Source of the DNA: Octopus sinensis
Taxonomy: Eukaryota
NCBI RefSeq assembly: GCF_006345805.1
Contig: NC_042997.1
Location: 80,848,001-80,912,000 of the forward strand
Length of the DNA stretch: 64,000 nucleotides
Direction: 5' to 3'
Below the pieces are notes generated by a model. It did not search any database. It saw nothing but the letters and a program-made list of their open reading frames with translations, and had not been told where the DNA came from. The position numbers and the translations under genes are program-made. Position 1 is the stretch's first letter; each line of letters opens with the position of its first letter. Shown here piece after piece: positions 1 through 14,332 of the stretch.

Positions 1-1262
1 TAAGTTCTGAATTTTGAATAAAGAAAACAAGTGATAAAATGTTATATGTAATTGAAATTTAATCATCAATATACTTTCCCTGATTATCTATGACTTCCTT
101 CCATCTATTTACAAGCTTTTTAATCCCAACAATGTAAAACTCTTTTGGTTTCAGAGTGAAGAACTATGAAATGTCAGTTTCAACCTCCTCCTGGCCTGCG
201 AAAGTTATGTCCCCCAAATGATTCTGTGAACTATGAAACAAATGGTAGTCTGAAAGAGCAAGGTCAGGAGAATAAGGTGGATGAGGAATTTTTTCCCAAT
301 CAAGCTCTTCGATCTTCTGTGATGCGATCTTTGCAGTGTGGGATTGCGCATTGTCCTGATGAAACATCACTCCTTTTTATTCACTAAAGCGGGTCTTTTT
401 TTCTTCAAAGCTTGGTTCAAACGCTCTAATTGCTGACAGTAGACTTGAGCATTGATTGTTGTATTAGGTGGTAACAATTCAAAGTGAATTACTCCTTTGC
501 AATTCGGCCAGATAGAGAGAAGAACCTTTTTCCCATGAAGTTCCCTTCTCATTTGTGGTTGAGCTTTATCCCTTTTACCAAGCCACAGTTTATAACATTT
601 AACATTCCGATAGAAGATCTATTTTTCGTCACCAGTCACAAGTCTATTCAAAAAGGGTGAAGTGAGTTTGCGAGAATGGAGAGAAGAGCAGATGTCAACT
701 TGGGATTTGCGGTTGCTTTTGGACAATTCATGAGGCACCCATTTTCCAAGTTTAGGAACCTTTCCAAGTTGTTAAAGATGATGATGAACAGTTGTATGGT
801 TTGAATTAAGCTTTATTGCCAATTTTTCAACTGATAATGCAGCATTTTCTTCAAGTAATGCCTCAAGGAGCTTATCATCAAACTCAACTGCACGTCCTGT
901 TTGATCTTCATCTTCAAATGCTGAAATCTCACTTCTGAATTTTGCAAACCATTCTTTCATTCAAGCATTCTTTCCCATAAACTGAGTGTATATTTCGAGT
1001 TGCTTCAGCAGCAGAGTTTCGTTTTTTGTACTCATAAAGCATTATGTGCCTCAAATGCTCTTTGGATGCTTCCATGTTAGAAAGGGTTTTAATGAAAGAA
1101 ATTTTAATTCTTTTATTCTGTAAAATAATATTTCATTAGTTAAAATGTACAGAAATGCATAAAAATAATTTTAAATTCCTTTAGACATTCTAAAATACTA
1201 TTAAATTTCATTCAATTTTAAAAAATGTAAAATCGGACAGAACTTATGGGATGACCTGGTAA
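1..1262 (-). mobile_element. Mariner (Tc1/mariner, DD34D-type) transposon, decayed; left TIR cut by the window start
   Basis: Minus-strand fragments: 772-960 (HTH, EDEDQTGRAVEFDD), 367-552 (KKVLLSIW..GVIHFELLP) and 164-370 (HQDNAQSH..PHPPYSPDLALSDYHLF, the mariner YSPDLAP motif). TIR cagaacttatgggatgacctggta ends at ~1261; its cagaactta part is the reverse complement of taagttctg at 1-9. Confidence 0.9.
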
Positions 1263-2061
1263 TTTGCATCAATTTTTAGTGATCATAATAAATCATTAGT
1301 TATATTTTATTACTTTTTTAAAATGTCTTTTTTTTAAATAAATTTTTCCACAGTATTTTACTTGAATCCTGTCTATAAAATTCTCAATGATTATTTGATT
1401 TTGATGATCACCTTATTTTCTAAAGAGTTTATTTAAAATTGGATAAAAAGTCATTGGACAAAATAATCATCGGACAAAAAAACATCTGACCAACAAACGT
1501 GGACAAAGTGATATTGGACCAAAAGTTGAGTCATGATATAAAATACCTATATAATAGTGGTTAAGAATTTCAGCTATTTATTGCTGTTAAGGGTTGCTAT
1601 TTTATCCAAGGTGAACTCAGACTGAGATGATCTATAATCAGAATCATTTTAGCTGTGATCTCCCAGCTTTCCCATATATTTAATGCTTCTAGGACCAGAA
1701 TACATATCTCAATTTTTAAGTTGTAGGATGTAATTTGAAGAATATTTTACTCTTATTTATAATAGGTCAAATATTGGAACCTGTGTGCAGCCTCTGGTCT
1801 TGCCAGTTTCTGTCAAGCCATTCAACCCATACCAACATGGAAAACCTATTAAATGCTGCTGCTGATGATAATAATGATCTAAATGCCTTGTCAAGACCCC
1901 TTCTTTGACTCATTTCATCTGTTTCTTAAAACAAATATGGAATCTAATGATAAAAGCCGGATGTTTCATTTAGGTTTTAAATCAACAACTTATGAACCAA
2001 AGAAGAAACCTCTACATGGCTGTTTTACCATGGTAGAAATAACAATTAAATTTCCTTTAAC

Positions 2062-3470
2062 TTAACCACTTAGCAAAGCTAGGACACATTGAATAATGTA
2101 GTCTTAGTTGCACTGTGTCAGAAAAATCAATTGAGTAATCATGGTTGTTACACCATTGATCGTATGCTTGCTCAAACAGGGCTGACCTGAGACTAAACAA
2201 TAACAACTCTGAACTTTCAATCACTGCAATTTTTGTTATATTAATATCTAACAAAGTGAATAGCAATAACCCCCTTGAGAAAGGTATGCATATCAAAGGC
2301 CTTGTACATATGTATGAAAGTATTTGTTATTGAATGTCGACCTGAGAATAAATCAGTTTTTTAGTGAATACAAATATCATTGTAGAATATCTTCAAGTCA
2401 GATACATTATTTTCAGTGGTATTAGCTTGAGTGTATTAGAAATTTTGGCAGAATTGTTAGAGTATCAGAAGAAAATAAAAAGACTGTGGTATTTAGTTAT
2501 GGTTCTTTATGTTTTAAGTTCAAATCTTGTTGCGGTCAAATTCATTGTTCATCTTTCTGAGGTTAATAAAATAAGATATCAGTTCAAGTACTGGGACCAA
2601 ATTCAATAAATCATCTGAGGTGTGGAGGGAATAATAATAGAAGAAAAATTAACATGCTGGTTTTAGCATAATTTTAAAAGGATTTAAACTTCTTTTCATA
2701 TTTGAAATTTATATTTATCATGAATTCATATGGCAATTGTTTTGTGACATTAATCAGCTGAATTTTTTCATGTGTATTATATTTGGATTTATCCTACTAA
2801 CACTTTGATTAAATATAGATTGCTAAGGAATTTGCAAGATTCCTTTAATCTAATTGTTCCATATATTTAGGCTTGAATTTGTATGTTTTAATGTGGAGTA
2901 TTTACTAGGAACAGTATTTGACTGACTTATCTAAACAAATAGGAATGTAGGAATGCATCGTAGATCTAACATCAATACTTTTAATTTCAGAAATTCTTTC
3001 TTCAATGAATACACAGTTCAGCTTTGAGATAATTGAATCACTTACTGAAACAATTGTCATTCAGATAATCACCATAACAATAGTTCACAAAATGGAAGCC
3101 TGAGTGATCCTTGTAATCTAGACTCAGTAAATATCTCAAGGTATGAACTATACCTTATTGATTAAGATGAGGTTATGGAAATAGGCTAATTGTATATTTA
3201 ATAACATACTGCTTGATTAAAATGTTAATAAAAATTCAAGTTTTGATTAAAGGAGAAATAACTATATGCCCTTTAACTCTACTGCTTTTAAAAGCTAGGA
3301 CACATTGAATGATATAGTTTCAGGTGCACTGTGTCTGAAAACTCAATTGGATAATCATGGCTGAAACATGATTGATAGTAACTTGTTCAATCAAGGTTAA
3401 CATGAGTTGAAACAACAATAACAACCTTGGCTTTTTTAATCACTACAATTTTTGTTATACAGTGACCAGC
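2062..3470 (+). repeat. Two diverged copies (~2062-2240 and ~3290-3460) of an unclassified ~180-bp interspersed repeat
   Basis: Shared blocks aagctaggacacattgaat, gcactgtgtc, aacaataacaac and caatttttgttata. Confidence 0.6.
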
Positions 3471-5747
3471 AATAACTTGGGAAAGTCTTCACATTTGAGT
3501 AGCATGAATTCTTCTTTTCTGTTTCTACATTTCTATGATATTTTTTTAAAGCAATTTCAACAATATTAACTCAGACTAATCTGGCACTAATAACCATTTG
3601 CATTGATCATACTCTTCCTTCACCTCACTTTGTGTTATATCCTTAAAATGTTGGCTTGTTATAATGCTCACTTCAGCATACAATATATTTAGCAAAACCA
3701 GTAAAGATATGACTATCTAACTGCCTACCATATACTCTCTTTACTTATAGTGACTAGGTTATTCCATTCATTATGTGGGAGGGGTGTACCATTATTACTA
3801 ATTCCCTACAACATCTCCCCTTTTAGGTTTTTCTTAGGAAGTGTCATTTTATTTAGCGATAATTTTTTTATTCACTCTACCTCCCTTTTTGAGTTTCTTT
3901 TTTTTTTCCATACAGTTTAATATTTTTGGCGCTTGACATCTGTTTTCAGGAACTCTGTATATTTTATTTTCCTTTCACTTGTACGCCTGGGTTCAATGAC
4001 CTGCAGTGGCATTGGTACTTGGAATGTATTGTACAACCATTCCTTCAGTTCCTCCAATTTCTTTGGTTCACTTTCTACGAATCTCTTTTACGGTCGGTTC
4101 CTGAGTCTCTTTTTTATGCCTTTTCTACTTTTTACACAATACATCATTTTACCTATGCATTTGGTAATTACACCATCTTCCCAATTTTGCTTTCCATTCT
4201 TCTATGTCCTCATATACACCTTTTCACCAATGTGAAAGAATCGTGTTATTTTTTCTCTTCTTGCCAGGTAGCAATTTATCAAAGACTGATTTTACTTTCC
4301 TTGTAAACACCAGCTCCGCTGGTGAGCTACCTGCTGGTGTATTCAGATTTGGTGTCACACAGTACACTCTTAAAAATTGTAGAGCTACCTCGTCTATGAC
4401 TTCCTTATTCGATTTTCTAAGGGCTGTTTTGAAAGTGTCAACAAAACATTCTGCCTGTCCATTAGATCTGGGATGATATGGTGCAGTAGTTACATGTTAT
4501 ACCATGAACGTTTCACAAAACTTTTAAAATTTACTAGACACAAATTGTGTTCTATTGTCAGACACTATCTTATCTGGTTATCCGGGATGCCAAATCTTAC
4601 AAACAATTCATGTAAAAAATTTATCACAGTTGAGGAGGTTGGTTTTTTTACACTTACAAATTTTTGACCATTTCAAGAAACTATCAACTACCACTAAGTA
4701 GTAATAACTGTTTAATGGACCAGCAACATCGATATTTAGTCTCAACCACAGAACATCTACTTTTAAGCAATGTTCACATACTATTGTGGGCAATTTTTTA
4801 TTTCATTTTGGTTTACATACAGGTGTTCTACTCTGTTTTACTGCAATTTTTTATTTCAATCCCTCAGCCACATTTGAACCTTTGACTAAACTGACTTATG
4901 GGTGTATTCCACTACTTGAATAGTTATAGCCACTCTGTGCCGAATGGATTAAGTGTATCTTTTAATACATATATCTTTGCTTTTTTGTTTGACCTTGAGA
5001 TGTTACATTACATACGAATTCACCAAAAAATATAATCTTTTTCCCATAACACCATGTGCTACCTTTTTCAATTTAATTAATTTTGGCTTACCAATATATT
5101 TCTAAGTTTTTTCGTTTATTAATGGTGATATCACTTCCAGTGTCTAATTTCATTTTAACACTTATATTTCTGATTTTAACCTTCATGAATTTCCTCATCA
5201 TTATATTACCAATTTTTTCTGATGACATTTATTCTTTTTCCTTTGTTCTGACGTGTCCAATATTACCACAACGAAAGTACTTCACTTTCTTAAATGGATA
5301 AGTTTTCTTCAGGTGTATACCTCCACATGCAAAACGGATTTATTTCCTGATTTTTATCATGTTTTTTTAGAAAACACTTTATTCTGATTATTTTGCACTT
5401 GCTTCACTTGGAAATAATCCTTACATTCAATTTCCTCTGTTTCGTGTCTTAATTTGACTATTCTTTCACATTCTTCTGACACTTGCTGTATGGTTACATC
5501 CTGGTTTCGTTCCAGTTTTGTGAGAATTCAAGTTCTAACTTCTGCGTTCTTTTTGGTAGTAAGTCCCCGTGTAAAAATCAGGCATTTGAACACATCTGGC
5601 ATTAATTCCTCCAACTTAAACTTTCCACATTCCCTGTTTACTCTACCAGTATATGTGATGTAGTCCTCATCGTTGCTTTTCTCTATGTTCAGGCACTTCC
5701 AATGTGTATTGAATAATGAGCTTTTTCACAGAAAATTTTACACAATA

Positions 5748-6621
5748 TGAGGTTTTATCAATAAGTATCTGGACTGTTGCCATAGTAAGGATGCTAAAAA
5801 ACACAGAGTGAAGCTGCTTGGCACAGATTGACCTTGAACTCTGCTGTATCTGAGCACTAAGTTTTAACGTTCTAGCTCACTTCTGCTGTTTACAGCAGTG
5901 CTTGGAAGGAAGGTGTATGGCATGTGATTGTCGCATTGACCATGACAGAGAAAGTTATCATGGCAATACCTGTTCAGAGGCCTAAGCAGAGTTACAGAAA
6001 GTTATGGAGAGGAGTATATGAGTTGCACACAAGTGTACAAATGGTTCAGACATTTCCAAGATGGCCGGAAAAAGTGTCGATATTGATGAACGTTCTGGGA
6101 AACCTGCACCCAGCAGAACTGAAAACAGCATTGCAGATGTGTGTGCAGCTGTGAGAATAAATCGTCGAATCACCATCCATGAATTATCAGAGAATGTGCA
6201 GATTAGTTACGGTTCAATTCAGTCCACTATCACTGAAGATTTGGGTATGAGATGCGTATCTGCCAAGTTTGTGCCAAAACTGCTTTCAGTTGACCAAAAA
6301 GACACTTGGGTTTCAGCTGCACAAGGTTTTCGTGATTGTGTGCAGAACAATGAAAGCTCTTTGAAAACTTTGCGTAGGCCTCTGAGCAGGTAGCACCAAG
6401 CTTTTGACAACATTTGATGTAGATTCTCTGCTCAACTTTCTCTGTCATGGTTAATGCGATGATCACACGGTACATACCTTTCTTCCAAGCACTGTTGTAA
6501 ACAGTGGAAGTGTGCTAGAATGTTAAAACTTAGTGTGCTTGCACAGTGGAGTTTAAGGTCGGTCTATGCCAAACGGCTTCTCTCTCTGTGCTTCAGCTTC
6601 ATTACTATAGCAACAGTCTGG
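5748..6621 (+). mobile_element. Mariner derivative with its 5' ~200 bp inverted at the other end (fold-back), inserted in the LTR element
   Basis: 5768-5960 is the reverse complement of 6425-6621. Internal HTH fragment 6061-6393 (DERSGKP..RRITIHELSE..SAKFVPKLLS). Inverted N-terminus MTEKVEQRIYIK on the minus strand. Confidence 0.8.
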
Positions 6622-7098
6622 CGAGAACACATAGTCAAGCGAGAACACATAGTCTGGCGAGAACCCTTTTTCTGATATTTCCTGATGACTTCATTAATTG
6701 CAACATTTGTTACTGTAATAGTAATTGTTGTTGTTCTTTCAGTTGTTCTTGTTACTGTTTTTGCAACTTGAGCAAACTACCCAATAAATTTTGCATAATT
6801 TTTTAGGATTTTTTTTGTAAAATTCACACAACAAAACTTTATGAGTATATTAATTTGAATTTCTTAATTCTTTGTGAGTTGTTTAAATCCTCATCGAGTC
6901 TATTAATTCCATGTGAGTTGTTAAAATTCTCGTGAGTTGTTTAAATTCTCATTGAGTTTATTAATTCCTAGTGAGTTGTTACAATCCTCATGAGTTGTTT
7001 AAATCCTTGTCACCACTGTTATATCCTTAAAATGTTGGCTTGTTATAACACCCACTTCGGTATACATTATACTTAGTAAAATCAGTGAAGGCACGACT

Positions 7099-8588
7099 TT
7101 TTCTAATTTCTTTTATTTAGGCACATGGCCTTTATAGAGCGGGGACACCACAAGGACAAACAAAACAATACATGGGGTACATGCAAACATATAACGAATG
7201 AATTATGAATATGAAAATAATGAGAATGGAATGACTTTCCTACCCTCCAAAGTAGATAGTTTCATTTTACTGTTTTTTTTTAATAAAGTAATTATTTTAT
7301 CAGTTTGTAGTGCATTCACAATGCCATACTATAAAATTCATTAAATCCTTGCATGCTATCACTGATGGCAATTCGTCATATTGAAACTGAAGTGCTGTTA
7401 TTTCTATTCTGTCTCCAAATATTTCCCTCAACCTTCCTGCTCTATCATCCTCCAACAACACCACCCTCCCATTTCGGTTCTCCTCCTTGTTGGCCAGTTT
7501 GATCCTTATAACACTTTTCATTTTGGAAATCCTCTTCCCTATTTCCACGCTCTTTCCATAACAAACCATCACTCTTTCGTGTTTCCCCTTCGGTGGCTTT
7601 CTTGGCTGTAGCACCTCACTCTCTTCCTCTGTTGTTAGTATTCTCGTCTCTGTTTGTTCTTCCTTCTCACTTTCAAGTCTCTTCTTCCATATTTTCTACT
7701 CCTCCTTACTAGTTGAAGGCTACAGTCTTTTTGTTTGTTCTTCCATTGGTTCCTTATTTTTTCCTTTTTCATTCTTATTTTCTTCTGCCTTTTTTTGTTT
7801 TTAGGTGAAGATTCCATGTTCTTTCTCTTCCTTTCTATCACTGTATACTCCTCCTTTTCCTCCTCTGCAGTTGCAATCTCTTCTTCCCGACTCTCCTTCT
7901 CTGCTTCCTCCTGTTCGTGGTTTCTGGGGACACTTGGCTTTCATGTGTCCCCTTATTCCACGTTCATAGCATACCAGAGGTCTCCCTCCACAATGATTTG
8001 CAGTCTCGTGTCATCAGCTAGCACCAGTACTTCCACAATTTTATGAAGGTCTGGCAGGCTTATATGAACCAGCACCTCCAGTCCATATCCTCAGCAGTTT
8101 ACCTCCATCATTCGGGATATTTTTAACACCTGTGCATCTTCTTCTGATTTCTGGGGGCACTCTACCTATCCTTACTTTGGCTGCACGTTTGCCACAGTAA
8201 GAAGGTAGAAGTGCCCACTTGTCTGATCTCAAAGGCACAGTGGAGTGTTTCCTCACTTCTTCTTCACTTATGAAGCTCACCTCCACTGTGCCGCACTTCT
8301 TTCCTCTCATGTAAAACGTTGTACTGTCTTTTATTTTCCGAAGACACTCTTCTATTTCTTCCTCTGCTGCTATTTCCTCCGGTCACCGAAGTGCAGCCTC
8401 CCATCCATCCTCCCTCCACGGCACCACTACCTCCCACTACACCCATAAATGGGGAAGAAACAATACCACCCAGCAGAAAAATAACAGCCAGTTAACAAAA
8501 CAATCACAACAACTTCAGCAAATCAATAAAGCAATAGAACAACTCACATGGAGCGAAATCAAACACAACTCTCGAGGAAGACAGGGCT
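7099..8588 (-). mobile_element. Decayed ORF1/Gag-only non-LTR element inserted into the LTR; distant relative of the 49-55 kb units
   Basis: LLPSYCGKRAAKVRIGRVPPEI (8041-8310), degenerate knuckle CYERGIRGHMKAKCP (~7925-7970), K/E-rich tract and C-terminal ORF 7300-7614. AATAAA/A-rich tail at ~7099-7120. It splits the LTR exactly. Confidence 0.75.
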
Positions 8589-9811
8589 GTCTCTGACCAC
8601 CTACTTCATACTCTCTTTATTTATAGTGATTAGGTTATTCCATTTGTCATGTGAGAGGGGTGCATCATTATTGCTAATTCTCTACAGTACCTTGTACTTT
8701 GTGGGGGCCACATAAGTACCTCATAACCATTATCTACCTCTTGCAGCTCCTACAGTTCATTTTCTCATTCTGCCCACTTCCTGTGCTAGATATGAGTAAC
8801 CATGCAGATTCTCTGCCAGAACCTGCACTGCCATTGCCCCACTTCTCAAAGTTCAATCCCCTCACCCCGCTAAAGCTGAACACCCCATTGGGTATGTAAT
8901 TCTGCAAGCTGTATGGCAATCTCAGTAGTTGGTAGGAAAATAAGCAATGGCCCATGGTATAAGGTGGTTGGCATTAGGAAGGATATCCAGCCATAGAAAC
9001 CCTGCCAGAATAGATATTGGAATGTGATGCAGTCCTTGGCCATATTGGTTCCTATCAAACCATTCAACTTATGCCAGCATAGAACACATACATTAAATGA
9101 TGCGAGCAGCATTGCCGATGACAATGCTGCCGCTGCTGGCGCTGTCACCAATCATAACGACAATTCCATAAATACTTCAAACAAGAAAATATTGTCTGAA
9201 AATTTCATAAGTGTTGTCACTAAACTTAAATCGTTAAGATATTTAGATCACAGCATCTATTTGTCTTGCAGACTAAATTCCTCCAAGTTGAATGGAGTGA
9301 AATTTTTGAACATGTAATCATCAGTTTTGCTGGACTGACTTGTACTTTCAATATCAATTCTTAATCAGAATAATTTGAAGCTCATTATTAACAATTCATG
9401 CAGTTGTTAAAAAAAACACATCAACTACAACAATCCTACTCATGTCAGGTGCCTGTACAGGCCAGAGATATAGACCTTAGGCACAGGCCCTTGGTACAGT
9501 CCTTTCTTCTGGACCAAATGAAATATCACATGAATTGGTATACTTCCACTTCTTGGTAAATAACATTGGTTTCTGTACTGGGAAATTGGACAAGGTAAAG
9601 GAATATGAATTAAGATCAAAGAGTGGATGAAATAACTATTTATGATGAATAAGAGTGATAACTTTGAAAGGAACATACATTTAATTTGTATAATTAAATC
9701 TCTACTTATTTTTTCATATTTTAGTAATCATACGCAGTAAGTATATAGTTTCATGAGTTATCTCTGCTAACACACACACACACACACACATGCATGCACA
9801 TACACATGCAG

Positions 9812-9849
<38 letters not shown>

Positions 9850-12800
9850 GCCTGTATGTAGTTACTTGATTGGTGAAAAACAATAACCAAATCACCATGA
9901 AATTACATTCTACTGTCTTGAAAAACAGGAAGGACACATTGAAAAATGTAGTCCTAGATATACTATTCCATAAAATAAAATGACATGGTCATTTTAGAAC
10001 ATGCTTAAGCAACAATACACATATAGTAACATTCCTTCCTTTTCCTAAACAACAGCTGTCCAGTGTTAAGTGCCAGAGGCTACTACTATGAGAATAAGCT
10101 AAACAAATCATAGAAGTACTTAATTCCATATGACCTATTAGAAATAGCACATAAATACCCTTCAAATGGCGTCCAAATATTTAGAAAAGGAAGGGTCACA
10201 TTGGATATTATAGTCAAAAATATGCAATACTTAAGAAAATATCATAGCTGAAACACCATTGATCATAGGTTTGCTCAGTCAGGACTATCCTAGGGCTAAA
10301 CAACAACTTGACACTATATTGATTAACAGGAGTTTTGAGTTTGTTGTTTCATAAATAAATGTATTAGAAATTCTAAATGTATCATATTTATTATTATTAC
10401 CTGAGGTTGTACTCGACTTTGTGTCTTTGGATAAACGGTGGGTACATTTGTTACAATAATATGTGATAGTGCAGATGTATATATAAATGTGTATATGCAC
10501 TTTCCCTCAACTCTTCTCTACACTTTGTTGCTTTTAGTCCTTCCACTAATATCTCCTTCTTTTGCTTCTAGTAATGATCTCATTTCTTCTATCACTGAAT
10601 TCTGATATTGTACCAAAGTGTAAAAGATTGCCATTGGACTCTACTAATCTTCAAAAATTCAAAATTTACTTTCTTCTCCTGAAGACTGCTTCAATGGATT
10701 TTGGTACAAATTCAATTTATTTCAATTTACCAAGTCAGACTCCTTTTATTGCAGTAATCTGTATACTACTTGAGCAAAATGAAGGAATGAAGTTCTTTTA
10801 TTGTACAATTCTCAATGCCATAGATTACTGGTACACAACCATGAATTTGAAAAAAGAGATATAGTCAATTCTGAATTAAGATGTTTATATTTCTGACACT
10901 TATTTTAATGACTGGTTATATGGGTATATGAAGGACTGAGATAACTCTAGAGTGGTTTGAATTTCAAATAAAATGGTTGTGTCATTTCAATACCACCCCA
11001 TGCCACTACCACCACCAACAATAAGCACTCCCACCCCACTACCATCACCACCACCACCACCACTACCACCACTACCATCGCCGCTGCCGCCACCACCACC
11101 ACCACCACCATTACTGTCATCACTGTCATTTTGGTCATCATCATCATCATGATTGTCACTCATGTGTGTATATGTGTATACAAATGTTTCCGTGTATCTT
11201 CACATTGACACCATTTTGAGATTGTGCAGCAGTGTGTTTATTTGTGTCTCCTAGAAGCAATATATTCCATAGCTCAGCAGCTTTTCAGTTTCACGTGAAG
11301 ACCAGTAGAATAAAACTGGTTCGCTTAAAAAAAAATGGTGACTTGAAGAATATCCAACTATAGTATACACCTCAATAAGTCACATCCACCCCATACCAGC
11401 ATGGAAAATTGGATATAAAACCAATGATGATGATGTATGATACTTGTAACTATTAGTCAGATTTTCTTCTCTAATTAGGTTGTTTCTTAATGAAGATTCA
11501 ATTGACAAATTTATAATCAGAAACCATAGTGTAAATATTGCAAAATATTTGATAGTATTGAATTTAAGACTAGACTTTTAGATTTTATTATAGATTATAT
11601 CTTCTTAATTATAGGATCTGAGGATAAAGGTATGCTACAGCTTCTAGAATATATTATCTTTTATTGGCTTTGCTTTATCTTCATATTTTATTTCTTGCTT
11701 TGCTTAATTTACATCTGCCTACCAGTCTATTACATCTTCATGAGAACATCTCTGTGTTATCATTACTTTTGCAAAAATGCCAATTATGTACTTATTGTTG
11801 TTGCTTATTTATTTATTTCTAATATTGCAGTTGTATATCAAAATTTCCATTTGTTATTCTTCCTAAGAATGAAATACATCTATGAAAACATGCATGCAAA
11901 TGTTCATACTTAATGAATGTTCTGCAAGAACAACCTTAAAACATTTATCTGTTATTACTATTTTCCTGAATTTACATAAATCTTTAATTATATATAATCT
12001 GTTGGTGTCATTGCAGAAGTGAATTGCTTATCATTTGAGATTTACCAGCTAGAAATGGATTGATGGATCCATGATATTTCAACTTAATAATGATTTAAAT
12101 TCACAGGTTAAGTCAGTGCTACTTCTGAAATCCCCAACTTGACACTATAGACAATCAACAAACCTGGGAATTATCAAACACTTGCTAATAAGGAAATCTC
12201 CTCTCAGTTGTTCATCCTGCTCTAAATAACAGCCAAATGTCCTTCAAAATCACATCCTACTCTCTTAAAAATAAAAGGAAGGGCACATTGGAAAATGCAA
12301 TCCTAGATGTACTATGCCTGGATTACAGACAGGATGGTCACAACTGGAAGGTCTCTATGTTCCATCAGTGTTGAACAACAACATTAAACACACTGTTCTC
12401 ATATTCAGTCGTATAACTTGTGTGTGTGTGTGTGTGTGTGTGTGTACACAAAATGATGTGTATTTAACATTCTACAGAATATTTTACATTACCATTATCT
12501 TTATGATAGGTAAAAATAGAAGAATGATAGAATGCTAGATTAAATGCTTTATAATATTTTTACCTTGCTACAATCTGTATGTGTATGCATAAATGCATTC
12601 ACACACATTCTTCTAAAACGGAACACCTGCAAAGTTTTTGATTTAAAAAATATGCAAAACCTTCTTATAGAAATCAGCATTTATAGCTAAATTTAATTGC
12701 TATGGAGATGTGATTGCATTTTTAGAAATTTTAATGGGTATTTTAGTTTTATTTTAATTTTTGTTCCCTTATTTCCATTTTTATTCATAAAACTTAATTC

Positions 12801-13639
12801 TGTTCCTTTATTTCGCTTTTTGTTAAGATTTGTGAGAAAGCTTCTTTTCCATTCAGGTTTGTTACCTTTATTTTCCTTTTGATTAATATAATTCAATAGA
12901 GCTAGATCTCTATGGTTCCCACTAAAAAGAAATAAATTTTTGTTTTTTTTTTTCAAGAAAGGAAAAATTCTTTTATTTTATGATGGCCATAGTCTTGGGT
13001 CCATGAGAAGATACAATGCAAGAAAAAAATTAAAGATTCTATTCACCAGCATATAGTTAGTCTCACAATCAAGAAAAAAAAAGGATGAATAATCAGGAAC
13101 AAGGTGAGGGGATAAAAAACTCTATATTCTGAAGTTAGCGAAGTCTCTCTGAATACCCTACAGGGTAAAGAAGATCATTCCTTTCTTATGAAATGATTTC
13201 ACTTCAAGCAACAAATGTAATGTATTTAGACACCCATTAGAATTCAGACTTTGTAACAAGACTTCTGCCCAAATGCACAAGTTAATGAAAACTTAAATTT
13301 GAAGAAGGAAATTTCTAGAACTGTACAAAGAAAAGGGCTTCAACTTCTTCCAAAAATTCTTCTAGACAAATCAATATTTATTTTCCTATGAGAAGGGAAG
13401 AAATCTATTCAGATTAACTATTAGAATTCAGAATTTGTTACAAGGTAGTACCTGAAATTGCTAGGTGTAATAAAATATAAAACTGATAAAGGTAATTTCT
13501 AGAAGTGTACAAAGAAAAGGACTCCAATTTCTTCTGAAAACTCTTCCAGACAAATCAATATTTTCTTTCCCTTAGATGGGCAGCACAGATTTTTGTAAAA
13601 GAAAAACACAGAAAATTTAGAGAAAATTGTTTACAACCA

Positions 13640-14090
13640 TGCAATCGTACAATGATGTAAATGTGTTTAATCATTCTGTGTGCTTAATCATTATTCACAA
13701 TGAAAATGACACTACATTACAAAAGCTTCTTTTCCCTCTATACAATAATCTACTTAGTCCAGACAGACAATACATTGACTATATAATATATTTGCCCACT
13801 TTGCCAATTTAATGAAAGCATTTGTCAAAGATTGTAAAACCAAGATTTTGTTTTGACTTGGACAGTGTCCAGACCTCAATTCCATTGAAAGTTTATATTA
13901 AGGGGTCAATATGCCAAAGTATAATTGAATACCTTTTTAAAGGCAAGGAATTTTGATTTGTGGTTGTTCAGGAAGAATGGTGCAAATAAGAAATATATCT
14001 TAAGAAATATAAGAAATATACCTTAAAAGTTTTCTGACAATCTGATTAAAAGGATTCAAAGGACAATATGATAATCACTAAGAAACATTG
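13640..14090 (+). mobile_element. Tc1-like transposase remnant
   Basis: tggacagtgtccagacctcaattccattgaaagt gives QCPDLNSIE (W-P-x-Q-S-P-D-L-N-P-I-E-like motif), followed by QEEW; heavily decayed. Confidence 0.5.
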
Positions 14091-14332
14091 CATAATATAT
14101 TTACTTTTATAACAATAACGTCAGCTTCAAAGGAAACCTGAATATATGTATGTGAATATATATGTGTGTGCATATATATATATATAAAATATGTATACAC
14201 ATGTGTATGTGTAATATATGTATGTATGTGTGTATATATATATAGTAAAAAGTGACAACAAAAGAATGAGGCCTCGATATTAGGTAAATAGAGAATTATT
14301 TACTTATGTATAATTTAGGACAATCAATGTCA

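Larger units (their letters stand above)
3633..8686 (-). mobile_element. Decayed Gypsy (K02A2.6-like) LTR retrotransposon carrying two nested insertions
   Basis: LTR 3633-3810 (TG...CA) matches a split LTR at 7017-7098 plus 8589-8686. PPT (minus AAAAGGGGAGATGT) at ~3811-3824. PBS-like GTGGTGACAAGGAT at 7003-7016. Integrase-core fragment 4608-4793 (LRLNIDVAGPLNSYYYLVVVDSFLKW). Confidence 0.85.

Noticed and set aside
2991-3140. Possible host exon (ttaatttcag acceptor, AG|GTATGA donor)
   Set aside because: All three frames contain stops. Only 3065-3140 is open, from a weak acceptor, and the peptide is unrecognisable.
12017-12106. Possible 90-nt exon
   Set aside because: Stops occur in all three frames.
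13305-13580. ~185-bp-period direct repeat
   Set aside because: There are only two diverged copies and no termini or coding signal; probably transposon subterminal sequence.
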